64,000 nt of DNA from Mobula hypostoma (lineage: Eukaryota). The notes beneath the pieces are model-generated. The model did not search any database. It saw only the letters and a program-made list of their open reading frames with translations, and was not told the DNA's origin. Positions 36,360 to 49,055 of the stretch are shown here, piece after piece. A program made the translations under genes and the position numbers. Positions within the stretch are counted from its first letter, which is position 1. Each line of letters opens with the position of its first letter. The DNA lies in NCBI RefSeq assembly GCF_963921235.1, contig NC_086097.1, forward strand, positions 134,170,001 through 134,234,000. The letters are read 5' to 3'.

Positions 36360-38205
36360 CACTGGACAGCAAATTTTTTCAAATGTGTTACTTCCTCAGC
36401 AATTTTCTGTGGTTATGACACACCACTTGAAGCTTAACACAAATATAATTTCACACTACTTGTATCACATAGGAATTGAAGAAACAATAAATTAACTTTT
36501 ATTGAATATAATGCATTTAATTGCATAACGGTGCTGATGCTTTGCAATAGTTCAACTAAGGTAAAAATGTCTTGTTGATGATTTTCATTCGTACTCAGTG
36601 TCTGAGGCTTCCTGCTTAAGTGTCCAACAATACTCAGCCAGCACTGATGGATTCCAGTTGCCCTGATGCTGTTTCTCCATGACCACTATGTTCTGGTGAA
36701 ATCTTTCACCACACTTATCACTGACAGCACCAAGATTTGGAGGAGAGAAGTCTAAATGGGAATGCAAAAAATTAATCTTTAGTGACATATTTCACTTCAT
36801 GGTTTTGTATGGTTGAAGCATGTTGTCAACCAGCATGTAGTTTGGTGCTCTGCAGTAGCCAAGAACATTTTCAACAACATCCTTGAATGCCTTCCATGTG
36901 ATTTTCTCCGGTCCCACTAGAAGTTCTTCGAATTGCCTGTAATTCATGATCTGTTTCATTTGTGGACCAACCAAAATGCCTTCCTTAATCTTGGCATCTG
37001 TTATTTTTGGAAATATCTATCTCAAATATTGAAATCCTTCATAGAAATTTTTGTGCCTGGTGACAGCAGATTCCATCCTTGCAGTCTTGAGCCCAGTAAT
37101 CCGATCACAAACAAGAGAAAATTTGCAGATGCTGGAAATCCAAGCAACACACACAATATGCTGGAAGAACTCAGCAGGCCAGGCAGCATCTATGGAAAAG
37201 AGTATTGTCGAAGTTTCGGGTCAAAACTCTTCGACAGGATCCAGTAATTCTGCTTTGGCCTTTGACAAACCCAAGTCTCTGACCAGGTCGTTTAACTCAG
37301 ATTGAATTATCAGATGAGGCTCGCTCAACATACAGCATTCAAAATTTGTATCAGTATCATTTCCCAGTTTTACCTAGTGCATCATGACATCTTCGTCTGC
37401 CTCCTCTAGACTCCATGTCGCTGGTGGCTTTGATACTGGAAGACTATCGTCATGTGGAACAGAAGTCGTGGCTGAAGGGAGATTGGGGTATTCAATTGAT
37501 TTCTCGTTGTTAGCAAAGAAGCCAGACACACTGGTCAGACAGAAATAGCAGTCTGTCACATGATCCTTCTGCTCTCACCATATCATCAGGTTAGTGAATG
37601 GCATTGACTGCCGAGTACCTCTGAGCCAAGCTTGAAGATCGACAGCGTGAGAAGCCCAAGCTTTGTCTTGGTCACCAATTTTACACCCAAAGTAGAGCTC
37701 ACAGGTTTTCTTAACAAGAGGAGTCATGTTCCATCTTTGAGATTTAAGCGTAGATTCACCACAAATATAACAGAAAGTATCGCAGCTGTTGCAATATTGG
37801 TGAGATAGTTTGCTACCACAAATACTCCCGAGAATACAATTACTTTATTATACTGAGTACACAATATGCTTTTCAGGTAGAGCATGTGCATGCAAACTGA
37901 TAAACATGTAAACGCAATGCACAGAACGGTGTGTGTGTAATGCTTTTATAGCCTTTCTAATACATGTCCTGCCATGCAGCATCCGCCCTGCCTAAGCATA
38001 CCTAGACAAGATAGAAAACTTTACAGATTACCTTGTGGGCAATATTTCAGTTGACTTGAATTATGAATTGATATAACAAATAAAGGTAATTACAAAATAA
38101 TGGTGTGCGATAGGGAAATTACATGGCGATTTTCATGATCAGCAGCCCAAAATCCATAAAATACTCCCAAAAGTATTCAAGAAGCTAAATCTTTGTTGTC
38201 CAGTG
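36360..38205 (-). mobile_element. Chapaev3 (CMC superfamily) DNA transposon, internally deleted
   Basis: TIRs CACTGGACAGCAAA / TTTGTTGTCCAGTG; 3-bp TSD TAA at 36357-36359 and 38206-38208; transposase motifs DCYFCLT..IEYPNLPSA, VGPQMK, MSLKINFLHSHLDF, GERFHQ, YCWTL. Confidence 0.9.
37101..37240 (-). mobile_element. Penelope tail fragment inserted in the Chapaev3 element
   Basis: Same tail sequence as 47774-47910; flanked by CCAGTAAT at 37093-37100 and 37241-37248. Confidence 0.8.
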
Positions 38206-41200
38206 TAAGGGGTTCAAATGCAACCTGATCAATGCCTTATAAAGGCTCAGCATCACATCTTTGCTCTTATATTATAGTCCTCTCAAAATGAATGCTACAT
38301 TGCATTTGTCTTCCTTACCAATGACTCAACCTGCAAGTTAACCCTTAGGGAAGCCTGCACAAGGTCTTCCAAATACCTCTGCTCCTCTGATTTTTGAATT
38401 TTCTCCTCTTTTAGAAAATAGTCTATGCCTTTATTCCTTCTACCAAAGTGCATGACCATACATTTTCTTACACTGCATTCCATCTGCCACTTCTTTGCCC
38501 ATTCCCCCAATATGTCAAAGTCTTCTGCAGAATCCCTGCTTCCTTAACACTACCTGACCCTCCCCCTATTTTTTATCATCTGCAAACTTGGCTACAAAGC
38601 CATCAATTTCGTCATCCAAATCATTGACATATAATGTGAAAACAAGTGATCCCAACACCAACCCCTACGGAATTCCACTAGTCACTGGCAGCCAACCAGA
38701 GTAGGTCCTCAACTCCTTGCCTCCTGCCAATCAGCCAATCTTCTACCATGCTGGAGTCGAGGACCTATTCTGTAATACAATGGGCTCCTATCTTATTAAG
38801 CAACCTCACATGCGGCATGTTGTCAAAGGCCTTCTGGACTCCAACATCTGCCCAACCACTAAAGTCAGGCTAACTGGCCTATCATTTCCTTTCTTCTGCC
38901 TCCCTCCCTTACTAAAGGTGGAGTGGCATTTGCTGTTTTCCAGTCCTCCAGAACCATTCCAGAATCTACTGATTCTTGAAAGATCATTTCTAATGCCTCC
39001 ACAATCTCTTCAGCTTCCTCTTTCAGAACTCTGGGGTGTAGTTCATCTTATCCCTGTGACTTATTTACCTTCAGACCATTCAGCTTCCCAAGCACCTTCT
39101 CCTTAATATTAACAATTACACTCATTTCTGCTCCCTGACACTCTCAAATTTCTGGTGTAGTGTCTTCCACAAAGATGATTGATGCAAAATACTTATAAAG
39201 TTCATCCGCCTTTTTTTTTCCCTAGGTTCTCTAGCATCATTTTCCAGCAGTCCAGTATACACTCCTGCCTTTCTTTTACTCTTTATAAATCTGAAAAAAA
39301 ATTCTTTTGGTATCCCCTTTGATATTTTTGGCTAGTTTACCTTCATAATTCATCTTTTCTCTCCTTATGAAATTTTTTAGTTGCCCTCTACTGGTTTTTA
39401 AAAGCTTCCCAATCCTCTAACCTGTCACTATTTTTTGCTATATTATATGCACTCTCATTTGCTTTTATTCTCTCCTTGACTTCTCTTTTCAGCCACAGTT
39501 ACCTATTCTTCCTTTAGAATACTACTTCATCTTTGGGGTGTATCTATCCTGAGCCTTCTTAATTGCTACTGCTGAGTGACCCCTCCAATCAACTTTGAGG
39601 CCAGCGCCTCTCTCATGCCTCTGTAATTTTCTTTACTCCACTATAATACTGATACATCTGACTTTAGTTTCTCCTTCTCAAACTGCTAGGTGAATCCTAT
39701 CATAATATGATCACTGCCTCCCAAGGATTCCTTTATCTTAAGCTCCCTAATCAAATCTGCTTCATTATACAACCCCCAATCCAGAAATGTCTTTCCCTTA
39801 GAGGGCTCAAACACAAGCTGCTCTAAAAAGCCAACTAATAGGCTTTCTACAAATTCCCTCTCTTGGGATCCAGCAACAACCTGATTTTCCCAATCTACCT
39901 GCAAATTGAATTCCCTCATGACTATCGTGACATTGCCCTTAATACATGCCATTTCTATTTCCCTTTGAAATGTATATCCCACCTCCTGGCTACTGTTCAG
40001 GGGCCTGTATATAACTTCCATCAGGGTCTTTTTACCCTGGGAGTTTCTTAACTCTACTGCAAGGATACTACAGCTTTCAATTCTATGTCACCTCTTTCTA
40101 AGGATTTGATTTTATTTTTTACCAACAGATCTACCCCTCTGACTACCTGCCTGTCCTTTCCACACAAGGTGTTTCCTTGGATGTTAAGCTCCCATCTATG
40201 ATCTTCTTTCAGGCATGTTTCAGTCATGCCCACAATGTCACACCTGCCAGTCTCTAACTGTGCTACAAGATCACCCATCTTATTCCATATATGCCTTGAC
40301 CTACTGAGTTCCTCCAACAGAACTCCAAATTCCAGCATCTGCATTCTCTCATGTCTCTAGTGGAGAAGCTGCAAGTCCAAGCCTTCCTGTAAAGTTTTGA
40401 CAGCCAGTGCCATAAGACCATGAGACATAGGAGCAGAATTAGGCCATCTGGCCCTTTGAGTCTGCTTCGCCATTCAATCATGACTGATAATTTCTTTTAT
40501 ATCTCCTCCACAACCCTAGTTCCCGGCCTTCTCCCTGTAACCTTTGATGCCAGTACAATCAAGAACCTATCAATCTCTGTCTTAAATACACCCAGCGATC
40601 AGGACTTCACAGCTGCATGTGGCCACAAATTCACCATCACCTAAAGAAATTTCTCCACATCTCTGTTTCGAAAGGGTGCCCCTCTATCCTGAGGCTGTAC
40701 CCTCTTGTCCTAGACTCTCTCACCATGGGAAACATCTTTTCCACATCTACTCTGTCTAGGCCTTTCAACATTCGAAAAGTTTCAATGAGATCCCCCCCTC
40801 ATCCTTCTGAATTCCACTGAATACAGAACCAGAGCCATCAAATGTTCTTTGTATGATAACCTTTCCATTCCTGGAATCATCCTTGTGAACCTCCTCTGGA
40901 CCCTCTCCACTGCCAGCACATCTTTTCTAAGATGAGGGGCCCAAAACTGTTCACAATACTCAAGGTTCACAATACTGTTCACCAGTGCCTTATAAAGCCT
41001 CAGCATCATATCCTTGCTCTTTGATTCTAGACCTCTTGAAATGAATGCTAACATGGCATTTGCCTTCCTCACCACCAACTCAACCTGCAAGTTAACCTTT
41101 AGGGTGTTCTGCACAAGGACTCCCAAGTCCCTCTGCATCTCAGATTTCTGTATTTTCTCCCTGCTGAGAAAATAGTCCACACATTTATTTCTACTACCAA

Positions 41201-41367
41201 AGTGCATGAGCATGCATTTTCCAACACTGTGTTTCATTTGCTACTTCCTTGCCAATTTTCCTAATCGGTCAAAGTTCTTTTGCATCCTACCTGTTTCCTT
41301 AACACTAACTGCCCTCCACCAATCTTCATATCATCTGCAAACATAGCAAAAAAGCCATCTATTCCAT

Positions 41368-41597
41368 TGAAGCACGTTTAATAACTCCAAAAGACTGAGG
41401 TTTGGTAAAATACTGAAAGGCTTTTATTCGCTGTACAATATGAATTCCACGGTGAGTGTCTGCCCCCGGACTGAGGGGGAGGGGCAAGGCGAAACACCTT
41501 TATATAGGATTCTGTGGGAGGAGCCACAGGGTCAGTCAGCAGAGGGGCGTGTCCAGACAGTTAACCCAGTTACAACATATATACATGGTTTACCACA
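41368..41597 (-). repeat. 3' LTR of Gypsy element 2 (polypurine tract adjacent at 41598-41617)
   Basis: Direct repeat of 45641-45868; the minus strand upstream reads AAAAAAAAAGGAGGGGTGAA. Confidence 0.95.
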
Positions 41598-41669
41598 TTC
41601 ACCCCTCCTTTTTTTTTAAAAAAGAGTCCCGTGGGGTGAAGTGACTGACAATATTTAAAACAAGTATAT

Positions 41670-44650
41670 TTACAGGTCAAGTATACCAGGCGGTCGAGTC
41701 CGTCGCTGTGATCTATGTAGCACCGGTGGTGATTGCATCGGCGACGGCGGTTGTGCTGGCTCTGGCCTGACTTGAGGTGCCAGCGCGTTAGGCGTTGTTA
41801 ATCCCTCGTGCGTGTGCGTCACGCCCAGTATGGGAGTGTCGTGTGGTGTCTGTGTCGGTTTTGGAGTGCACGGTGTCTTGTGGGTACATACATCGGTGGG
41901 TACGGGGTCAACAGTCACCACAGAGTGTTCAGGGTAGGGGCCCGGTGCTCCTGTGGGCACCAGGTCGCGGATGGAGACCGTGTCCTCCTGCCCATCAGGT
42001 AGAACCACATAGGCATACTGAGAGTTCGCATGAAGTAAGTGAACCCTCTCGACCATCGGGGAGGATTTATTGCCCCTCGCATGTTTCCGGAGCGGCACTG
42101 ACCCCGGAGACGTCAGCCAAGATGGTAGGGTGGTTCCAGTGGTCGACTTTCTGGGAAAAGAAAAGAGCCGCTCATGAGGGGTGGCATTGATGGCCGTGCA
42201 TAACAGGGAGCGGATGGAGTGGAGTGCCTCAGGAAGGACCTCCTCCCAGCGGGAGACCGGCAGTCCCTTTGACCTGAGGGCTAAGAGTGTGGCTTTCCAC
42301 ACCGTGGCATTCTCCTTCTCCACCTGTCCATTCCCCCGGGGTTATAGCTCGTGGTCCTACTAGTTGCAATTCCCGTAGCCAGTAGGTATTGGTGCAGCTC
42401 GTCACTCATAAACGAGGACCCTCTGTCACTGTGGATATAGCATGGGTATCCGAACAGAGTGAAGAGCTTGTGCAGGGCTTTTATAACTAACGTGGTAGTG
42501 GTGTCAGGGCAGGGGATGGCGAAGGGGAACCGCAAGTACTCATCGATAACGTTAAGAAAGTACACATTGCAATCGGTGGAGGGAAGGGGGCCCTTAAAGT
42601 CAACACTCAGTCGCTCAAAGGGGCGGGTGGCCTTGATGAGTTGTGCCTTTTCGGGTCGGTAAAAGTGCGGTTTGCACTCTACGCAGACTTGGCAGTCCCT
42701 GGTCATTGTCCTGATCTCCTCAAGGGAGTAAGGCAGGTTCTGGGCTTTCACGAAGTGGAAAAGCCGGGTGACCCCCGGGTGGCAAAGATCTACATGTAGA
42801 GCGTATAGCCGGTTGATCTGTGCGCTGGCACATGTTCCCCGGGATAGGGCGTCGGAGGGCTCGTTGAGCTTCCCAGGCCTGTACATGATGTCATAGTTGT
42901 AGGTGGAGAGTTCGATTCTCCACCTCAGAATTTTATCATTTTTGATTTTGCTCCGCTGTTGATTATTAAACATGAGTGCGACTGAGTGCTGGTCAGTTAG
43001 CAGGGTGAACCTTTTGCTGGCAAGATAGTGCCTCCAGTGCCTAATAGCTTCCACTATGGCCTGGGCCTCTTTCTCCACCATGGAGTGCCGAATTTCAGGG
43101 CCTTGAATGGTACGGGAGAAGAACGCCACTGGTCTTCCCGCCTGGTTGAGGGTAGCAGTCAGCGCAAAGTCGGAGGCGTCACTCTCTACTTGGAAGGGAA
43201 TGGCCTCGTCCACCGCATGCATTGCTCCTTTGGCAATGTCTCCTTTTATGCAGCTGTAGGCCACATGGGCCTCGGCTGAGAGGGGGAATGTGGTGGACTT
43301 GACCAGGGGGTGGGCCTTGTCTGCGTAGTTAGAGACCCGTTGGGCGTAATATGAAAAGAAGCCCAGGCACCTTTTGAAGGCTCTGAGGGTGTTGGGAAGA
43401 GGGAGTTCCAACAGGGTGCGCATGCGGTCGGGGTCAGGGCCAATGACTCCATTCTCCACGACACACCCAAGGATAGCAAGTCAGGTGGGCCCGAATGCAC
43501 ACTTATCCTTGTTATAGGTGAGATTGAAAGCATTGGCCGCTTGGAGAAATTTTTGGTGGTTGTTGTCGTGATCCTGCCAGTCGTGACCACAGATGGTGAT
43601 GTTATCCAGATATGGGAATGTGGTTTTCAGTTGGCACTGGTCCACCATCCAGTCCATTGCCCTCTGGAAGACAGATACACCATTCGTGACACCGAAGGGG
43701 ACACGCAGGAATTGATAAAGCCTGCCGTCTACCTCGAAGGCAGTGTAAGGGCGGTCCTCCCGGCGGATGGGGAGCTGATGGTAAGTGGATTTTAGGTCTA
43801 TGGTCGAGTACACCTTGTACTGTGCTATCTGATTGACCATATCCGCGATGTGGGGTAGAGGGTACGCGTCGAGCTGCGTGAACCTATTGATGGTCTGGCT
43901 ATAGTCCACGACCATCCTATTCTTCTCCCCGTTCCGAACAACGACCACCTGCGCCCTCCAAGGACTTGTGCTTGCCTCAATGACCCCCTCCCCGAGCAGC
44001 CGCTGCACCTCCAACTTAATGAAAGCTCTGTCCCCCGCGCTGTACCTCCTGCTTTTAGTTGCCACAGGTTTACAGTTGGGGGTCAGGTTGGCGAACAGCG
44101 GTGGGTGGGGGGATCCTGAGGGTGGAGAGGCCGCAAGTGGCGTCGGTAGTGTGGCAGTTGGTATGGTGTTGGGTGGGATGTGCGGGTTGGTGTTCGTGTG
44201 TGGTCAGTAGCAGGGTATGTGACGTCTCCCTACAAAACTGGGGATTTACAACAGTAATTGGTGGGAGGGGCCCATCATACTTCATTGTCACGCTTGTCAG
44301 GTGGCTCTGGAAGTCAAGCCCCAATAGCACAGGGGCACACAGTTGAGGCAAGACCAGTAACATAAAGTCTCAATATTCTGTGCCCTGCACCACTAGCGTC
44401 GCTACACAACCTCCCCCCCCCCCCCCCGGATGTCTGTTGTTGTATGTGACCTGGAAGCCATGGAGACCCTCTGACTTACGGGCCGTATCATGAGTTCGCA
44501 ATGCTGCACCGTGTCCGGGCGGATAAAACTCTCCGTGCTGCCTGTGTCAAACAGGCAGCTTGTCCTGCACCTCTCCACCAGGACGTCCATCATTGACCTT
44601 GCGAGCTGGTGGGGAGCACTTTGGTTGAGGGTCACGGAAGCCAGGGTTGG
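41670..44650 (-). pseudogene. pol: Gypsy pol (protease, RT, RNase H, integrase), several frameshifts
   Basis: CLFDTGSTESF (44402-44833); DYSQTIN, IDLKSTYHQ, RVPFGVTNG, YLDN (43481-44065); ESDASD, VEKEAQAI, TDQ, HHCC zinc finger, VDFKG, SDRGSSF (42281-43459); integrase C-terminus (41670-42323). Confidence 0.95.
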
Positions 44651-44844
44651 GTCACTGTCTTGGTCCGGCGCGGTGGGGTGCCCCGTGAGCACCCATTGGT
44701 CGTAGGCAGTGGGAGGTGGCACCAACCAAGATGGCCGCCCCCATGTCTCGCATGTGGTGGCGGCGTGCTGGGAAGATGGCGGCAGGCAAGATGGCGACCC
44801 CCATGTTTCGCACACGGCGCTGCTCGATCCCACTCGCGGTTTGA

Positions 44845-45614
44845 CCCTTCGCGAAGTGGCCCTTCTTTCCGCAGCTGGAACAGGTAGCTTCTCGGATCGG
44901 GCAGCGTTTCCGGGGGTGCTTCTCCAGTCTGCAGAAGTAGCACTTTGCGGACTCGTGACTGGCAGCAGCCAAGGTCAATTTGCCGGCTGGTTGTGGGGAC
45001 TTGAGAATGGTGGCAGCCGAGGTCGATTTGCCGGTGGGTTGCAGGGTCTGCAGCGCCCATGAGGCCATCGGGGGATTGCGTGCCTGGAGAGCCTTGGAGT
45101 TATGCAGAGCAGCCTCCAGCGTGTCGGCCAGTTCGATCGCTGAACTTAAGGTAAGATCAGCTTTTTCCAACAGCCGCTGGCGCACATACACTGACCTGGT
45201 CCCCGTGACGAAGGCGTCTCTCACTAGGAGCTCTGCTTGCTGCGCCGCCATCAGCTCCTGGCAATTGCAGGCTCACACGAGTGTCCGTAGGGCCTGGACG
45301 AACTTAGCACTTGATTCCCTGGGCCGTTGTTGCCATGTCACTAAGCGGTGCCAAGCATAGCCGCTGTTTATCGGCCGCAGGTATTGTCCTTTGAGGGCAC
45401 TCATCGTACCATCGTAGCTTGGCTGGTCTCTGATCAGCGAATAGACCCATGGACTGACCCTGGAGAGTACAACTCTGCGCTTCGCTACGGGGTCGGTCAT
45501 TTTAATCTGCTCTAGGTACGCTTCGAAGCAGGCCAGCCAGAGTTCAAAAGCATTTCCAGCTTCAGGCGTTTGCGGATCGAGGTCTAATTTGTCGGGTCTC
45601 AGGGCATGTTCCAT
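44845..45614 (-). pseudogene. gag: Gypsy gag with tandem zinc knuckles, frameshifted
   Basis: ATG lies 27 nt after the 5' LTR; ORFs 45273-45614 and 44652-45251; CYFC...H...RC and CSSCGKKGHFAK. Confidence 0.9.
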
Positions 45615-45640
45615 GCTTTAAAATGTACAGCGAATAAAAT

Positions 45641-45868
45641 TGAAGCACCTTCAATAACTCCAAAAGACTGAGGTTTGGTAAAATACTGAAAGGCTTTTAT
45701 TCGCTGTACAATACGACCTCCATGGTGAGTGTCTGCCCCCGGACTGAGGGGGAGGGGCAAGGCGAAACACCTTTATACTGGAAACTGTGGGAGGAGCCAC
45801 AGGGGCAGTCAGCAGAGGGGCGTGCCCAGACAGTTAACCCAGTTACAACATATATATGGTTTACCACA
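45641..45868 (-). repeat. 5' LTR of Gypsy element 2
   Basis: Direct repeat of 41368-41597; minus-strand TATAAA at about 45772-45777 and AATAAA at 45696-45701. Confidence 0.95.
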
Positions 45869-47773
45869 TCCATCATCTAAATCGCTTATATACAGCATAA
45901 AAAGAAGTGGTCCCAACACCGACCCCTACGGAACACCACTAGTCACTGGCAGCCAACCAGAAAAGGATCCTTTTATTCCCACTCGCTGCCTTCCTCCAAT
46001 TAGCCAATGCTCTAACTGTCCTATCCTCTTCACACGCCTTTTATGAAGTGACAGGCAGATAAACTCCATTCCCAATTACCACACTGACAAAGACATTCCA
46101 AGTTGACTTTCTCTAATGTAGCAACTGGCAGTAGGGTAAAACTGACAGAAAGAAAAACATACCATCAAAAGGTGTCTGAATTCCCATTATGGAAAGTACA
46201 AGGCAAGCATTAAGTATACTACAAATGATACAAAATAATACACAAGATACTGTATACAAATAAGTTCCAAATATATCAAAGATAGGCTACTGGTACATAC
46301 AATGTATCTTATGCACATTTTCTCACTACAGGTCAGCCAGAACATGTGGCCCGCATGAATATTCCATCTGTATTTTATCTGCACACAAACTGTTCAAATA
46401 TCTCTGATTTGTGGAAATATGCATATACATCAATAAATAATAAACCCAAAGATTACTTTTACATACCGACGATGCTTTCAAAGACCTGAACGTCAGGATG
46501 ATGTCTGATGAAGAGGCACAAGCTCTCCCTCAACTCTACATGGAGAACTGTCTCGACACCTACTGGATGATGTCATCAACTAGAGACACAGATCACATGA
46601 CCTAAATGACTACTCTACAAAACTACCAACAAAGGGTGATAAATGACAAATAAAAATACTAATACTAAGGCAGCGTGTTCGTAACTTTACTGTAATACCA
46701 TGGGCTCTTAACTTGGTAAGCAGCCTCATGTGTGGCACCTTGTCAAAGGCCTTCTAAAAGTTCAAATATACAATATACACTGCATCCCCTTTATCTATTC
46801 TACTTGTAATCACCTCAAAGGATTCCAACAGGTTTGTCAGGCAGGATTTTCCCTGAAGGAAGCCATGCTGACTTTGTACTATTTTGTCCTATGTCACCAA
46901 GTACTCCATCACCTCATCCTTAACAATTGACTGTAACATCTTCCCAACCACTGAGTTCAGGCTAACTGGTCTATAATTTCCTTTCTGCTACCTTCCTCCT
47001 TTGTTAAAAAGTGGAGTAACATTTGCGATTTTCTAATCCTCTGGCACCATGCCAGAGTCCAATGATTTTTGAAAGATCATTTCTAATGCCACCACAATCT
47101 CCAACGCCACCTCTTTCAGAACCCTAGGGTACAGTTCCTCTGGTCCGGCTGACTTATGTACCTTTAGATCTTTCAGCTTTTTGAGAACTTTCTCTGTTGT
47201 AACAGTAACTGCACCCACTTCTCTTCCTTCACACACTACAACATCAGGCATACTGTTAGTGTCCTCCACAGTGAAGACTTTCGCAAAATACTCATTTAGT
47301 TCATCAGCCATCTAATTGTCCCCATTATTATCTCTCCTGCCTTATTTTCTAATGGTCCTATATCCACTCTCATTTCTCTTTTATTTTTAACATACTTGAA
47401 AAACTTTTACTGTCCACTTAAATGGAGAATTTGTAAGTTATTTTTTAAACTTCCCAATCCTCTATCTTCCCACTAATTTTTGCTTTGTTGTATGCCCTTT
47501 CTACTGTTTTTACAATAGCTTTGACTTCCCTTGTCAGCCACAGTTGTACCATTTTTTCATTTGAGTATTTCTTCATTTTTCTCCTGTACCTTCCTCAATA
47601 TTCCCAGAAATGCATGCCATTGCTGTTCTACTGACATCCCTGCCAGCAGCTCCCTCCTTTGGCCAACTCCACTCTCACACCACTGTAATTTCCCTTACTC
47701 CACTGAAATATTCCTACATCAGACTTTACTTTCTCCCTATCAAATTTCAAATTGAACACAATCATATTGTGAT

Positions 47774-48243
47774 GCAGACACGAGGAAATCTGCAGATGCT
47801 GGAAATTCAAGCAACACACACAAAAGTTGCTGGTGAACGCAGCAGGCCAGGCAGCATCTATAGGAAGAGGTACAGTCGATGTTTTGGGCTGGGACCCTTC
47901 GTCAGGACTAACTGAAAGAAGAGATAGTAAAAGATTTGAAAGGGGGAGGGGGAGATCTGAAATGATAAGACCTGGATTCAGAATTTATCTCGAGATGTAT
48001 CAGAATCCGGTTTATTGGCACAGACAGCACCCATTATCAACTTTCCAGCTCTTAGCTTCATCCCTCCCCTTTCTGTCTTCTCCTATCATTTCGGATCTCG
48101 CCCTCCTCCTCACACTTTCAAATCTCTTACCATCTCTTCTTTCAGTTAGTCCTGACGAAGGGTCCCGGCCCGAAGCATCGACTGTACCTCTTCCTATAGA
48201 TGCTGCCTGGCCTGCTGCGTTCACCAGCATTTTTTGTGTGTGT
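47774..48243. mobile_element. Penelope-derived inverted pseudo-LTR pair with 15-bp TSD
   Basis: Arms at about 47815-47968 (minus) and about 48080-48243 (plus) are reverse complements; TSD CAATC(A/G)TATTGTGAT at 47759-47773 and 48244-48258. Confidence 0.92.
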
Positions 48244-49055
48244 CAATCGTATTGTGATCATTGGTTCCTAAGGGTTCTTTTACCTTAAGCTCCCTAATCG
48301 CCTCCAGTTCATTACATAACACCCAATTCAGTATAGCTGATCCCCTAGTGGCTCAACAATAAACTGTTCTAAAAATCCACCTCTTAGGCATTCAACAAAC
48401 TCACTCTCCTGAGATCCATTACCAACCTGATTTTCCCCAATTGACCCTGCATGTTAAAATCTCCCATGACTATTATAACATTGCCCTTTTGACTCGCTTT
48501 TTCTATTTCCTGTTGTAACCTGTGGTCCACCTCCCAGCCACTGTTGGGAGGCCTGTATATAACTGCCATCAACATCCTTTTACCCTTGCATTTTCTTAAC
48601 TCAACCCACAAGATTCAACATCCTCCATTCCTATGTAACATCTTTCTACTGATTTGATGCCTTTCTTTACCAGTAGAGCCATATCACCTCCTCTGCCTAC
48701 CTTCCTATCCCTCTGATATAACATGTAGCCTTGGACATTCAGCTGACAACTACAACCATCCTTCAGCCATGATTCTGTGATGGCCACAACAGCACATCTG
48801 GCAATCTGTACTATTGCAACAAGATCACCTACCTTGTATCTAAATTACGTGCAATTAGATACAACACTTTGAGTACCATATTTGCTATCCTTTCTGATAC
48901 TGCATCCCTAAAGATTCGATACTCAGCCTACTGGCTGCAACTAAGTCCCATCACCTACCTGCCCTTCGTGACAGTCTGAGTGAAGACTATCTTTACTTTG
49001 TTCCCATCTGTCCTGTCCTGAGTCCCTTCACTCTGGTTCCCACCCCACTTCCAAG

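Larger units (their letters stand above)
35845..40290 (-). mobile_element. CR1 LINE, decayed, interrupted by a Chapaev3 transposon
   Basis: ORFs 38295-38510, 39686-40021 (YRPLNS, GGSDH) and 40054-40344; 3' tail at about 35845. Confidence 0.9.
41368..45868 (-). mobile_element. Complete Gypsy LTR retrotransposon (4.5 kb), frameshifted
   Basis: LTRs of 230 and 228 bp with TG...CA ends; 5-bp TSD TCCAT at 41363-41367 and 45869-45873; domain order gag-PR-RT-RH-IN. Confidence 0.97.

Noticed and set aside
44727..45035. Short internal repeats in the gag-protease linker (CETWG twice, GK.T.AA twice)
   Set aside because: Ordinary local duplications in a low-constraint linker region.
41795..45360. Plus-strand ORFs overlapping Gypsy element 2
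   Set aside because: Antisense shadows of GC-rich gag-pol sequence with no recognisable domains.
47827..48288. Recurring peptide MLVNAAGQAAS (also at 60514-60729) as a small gene family
   Set aside because: It is a translation of the non-coding Penelope tail.
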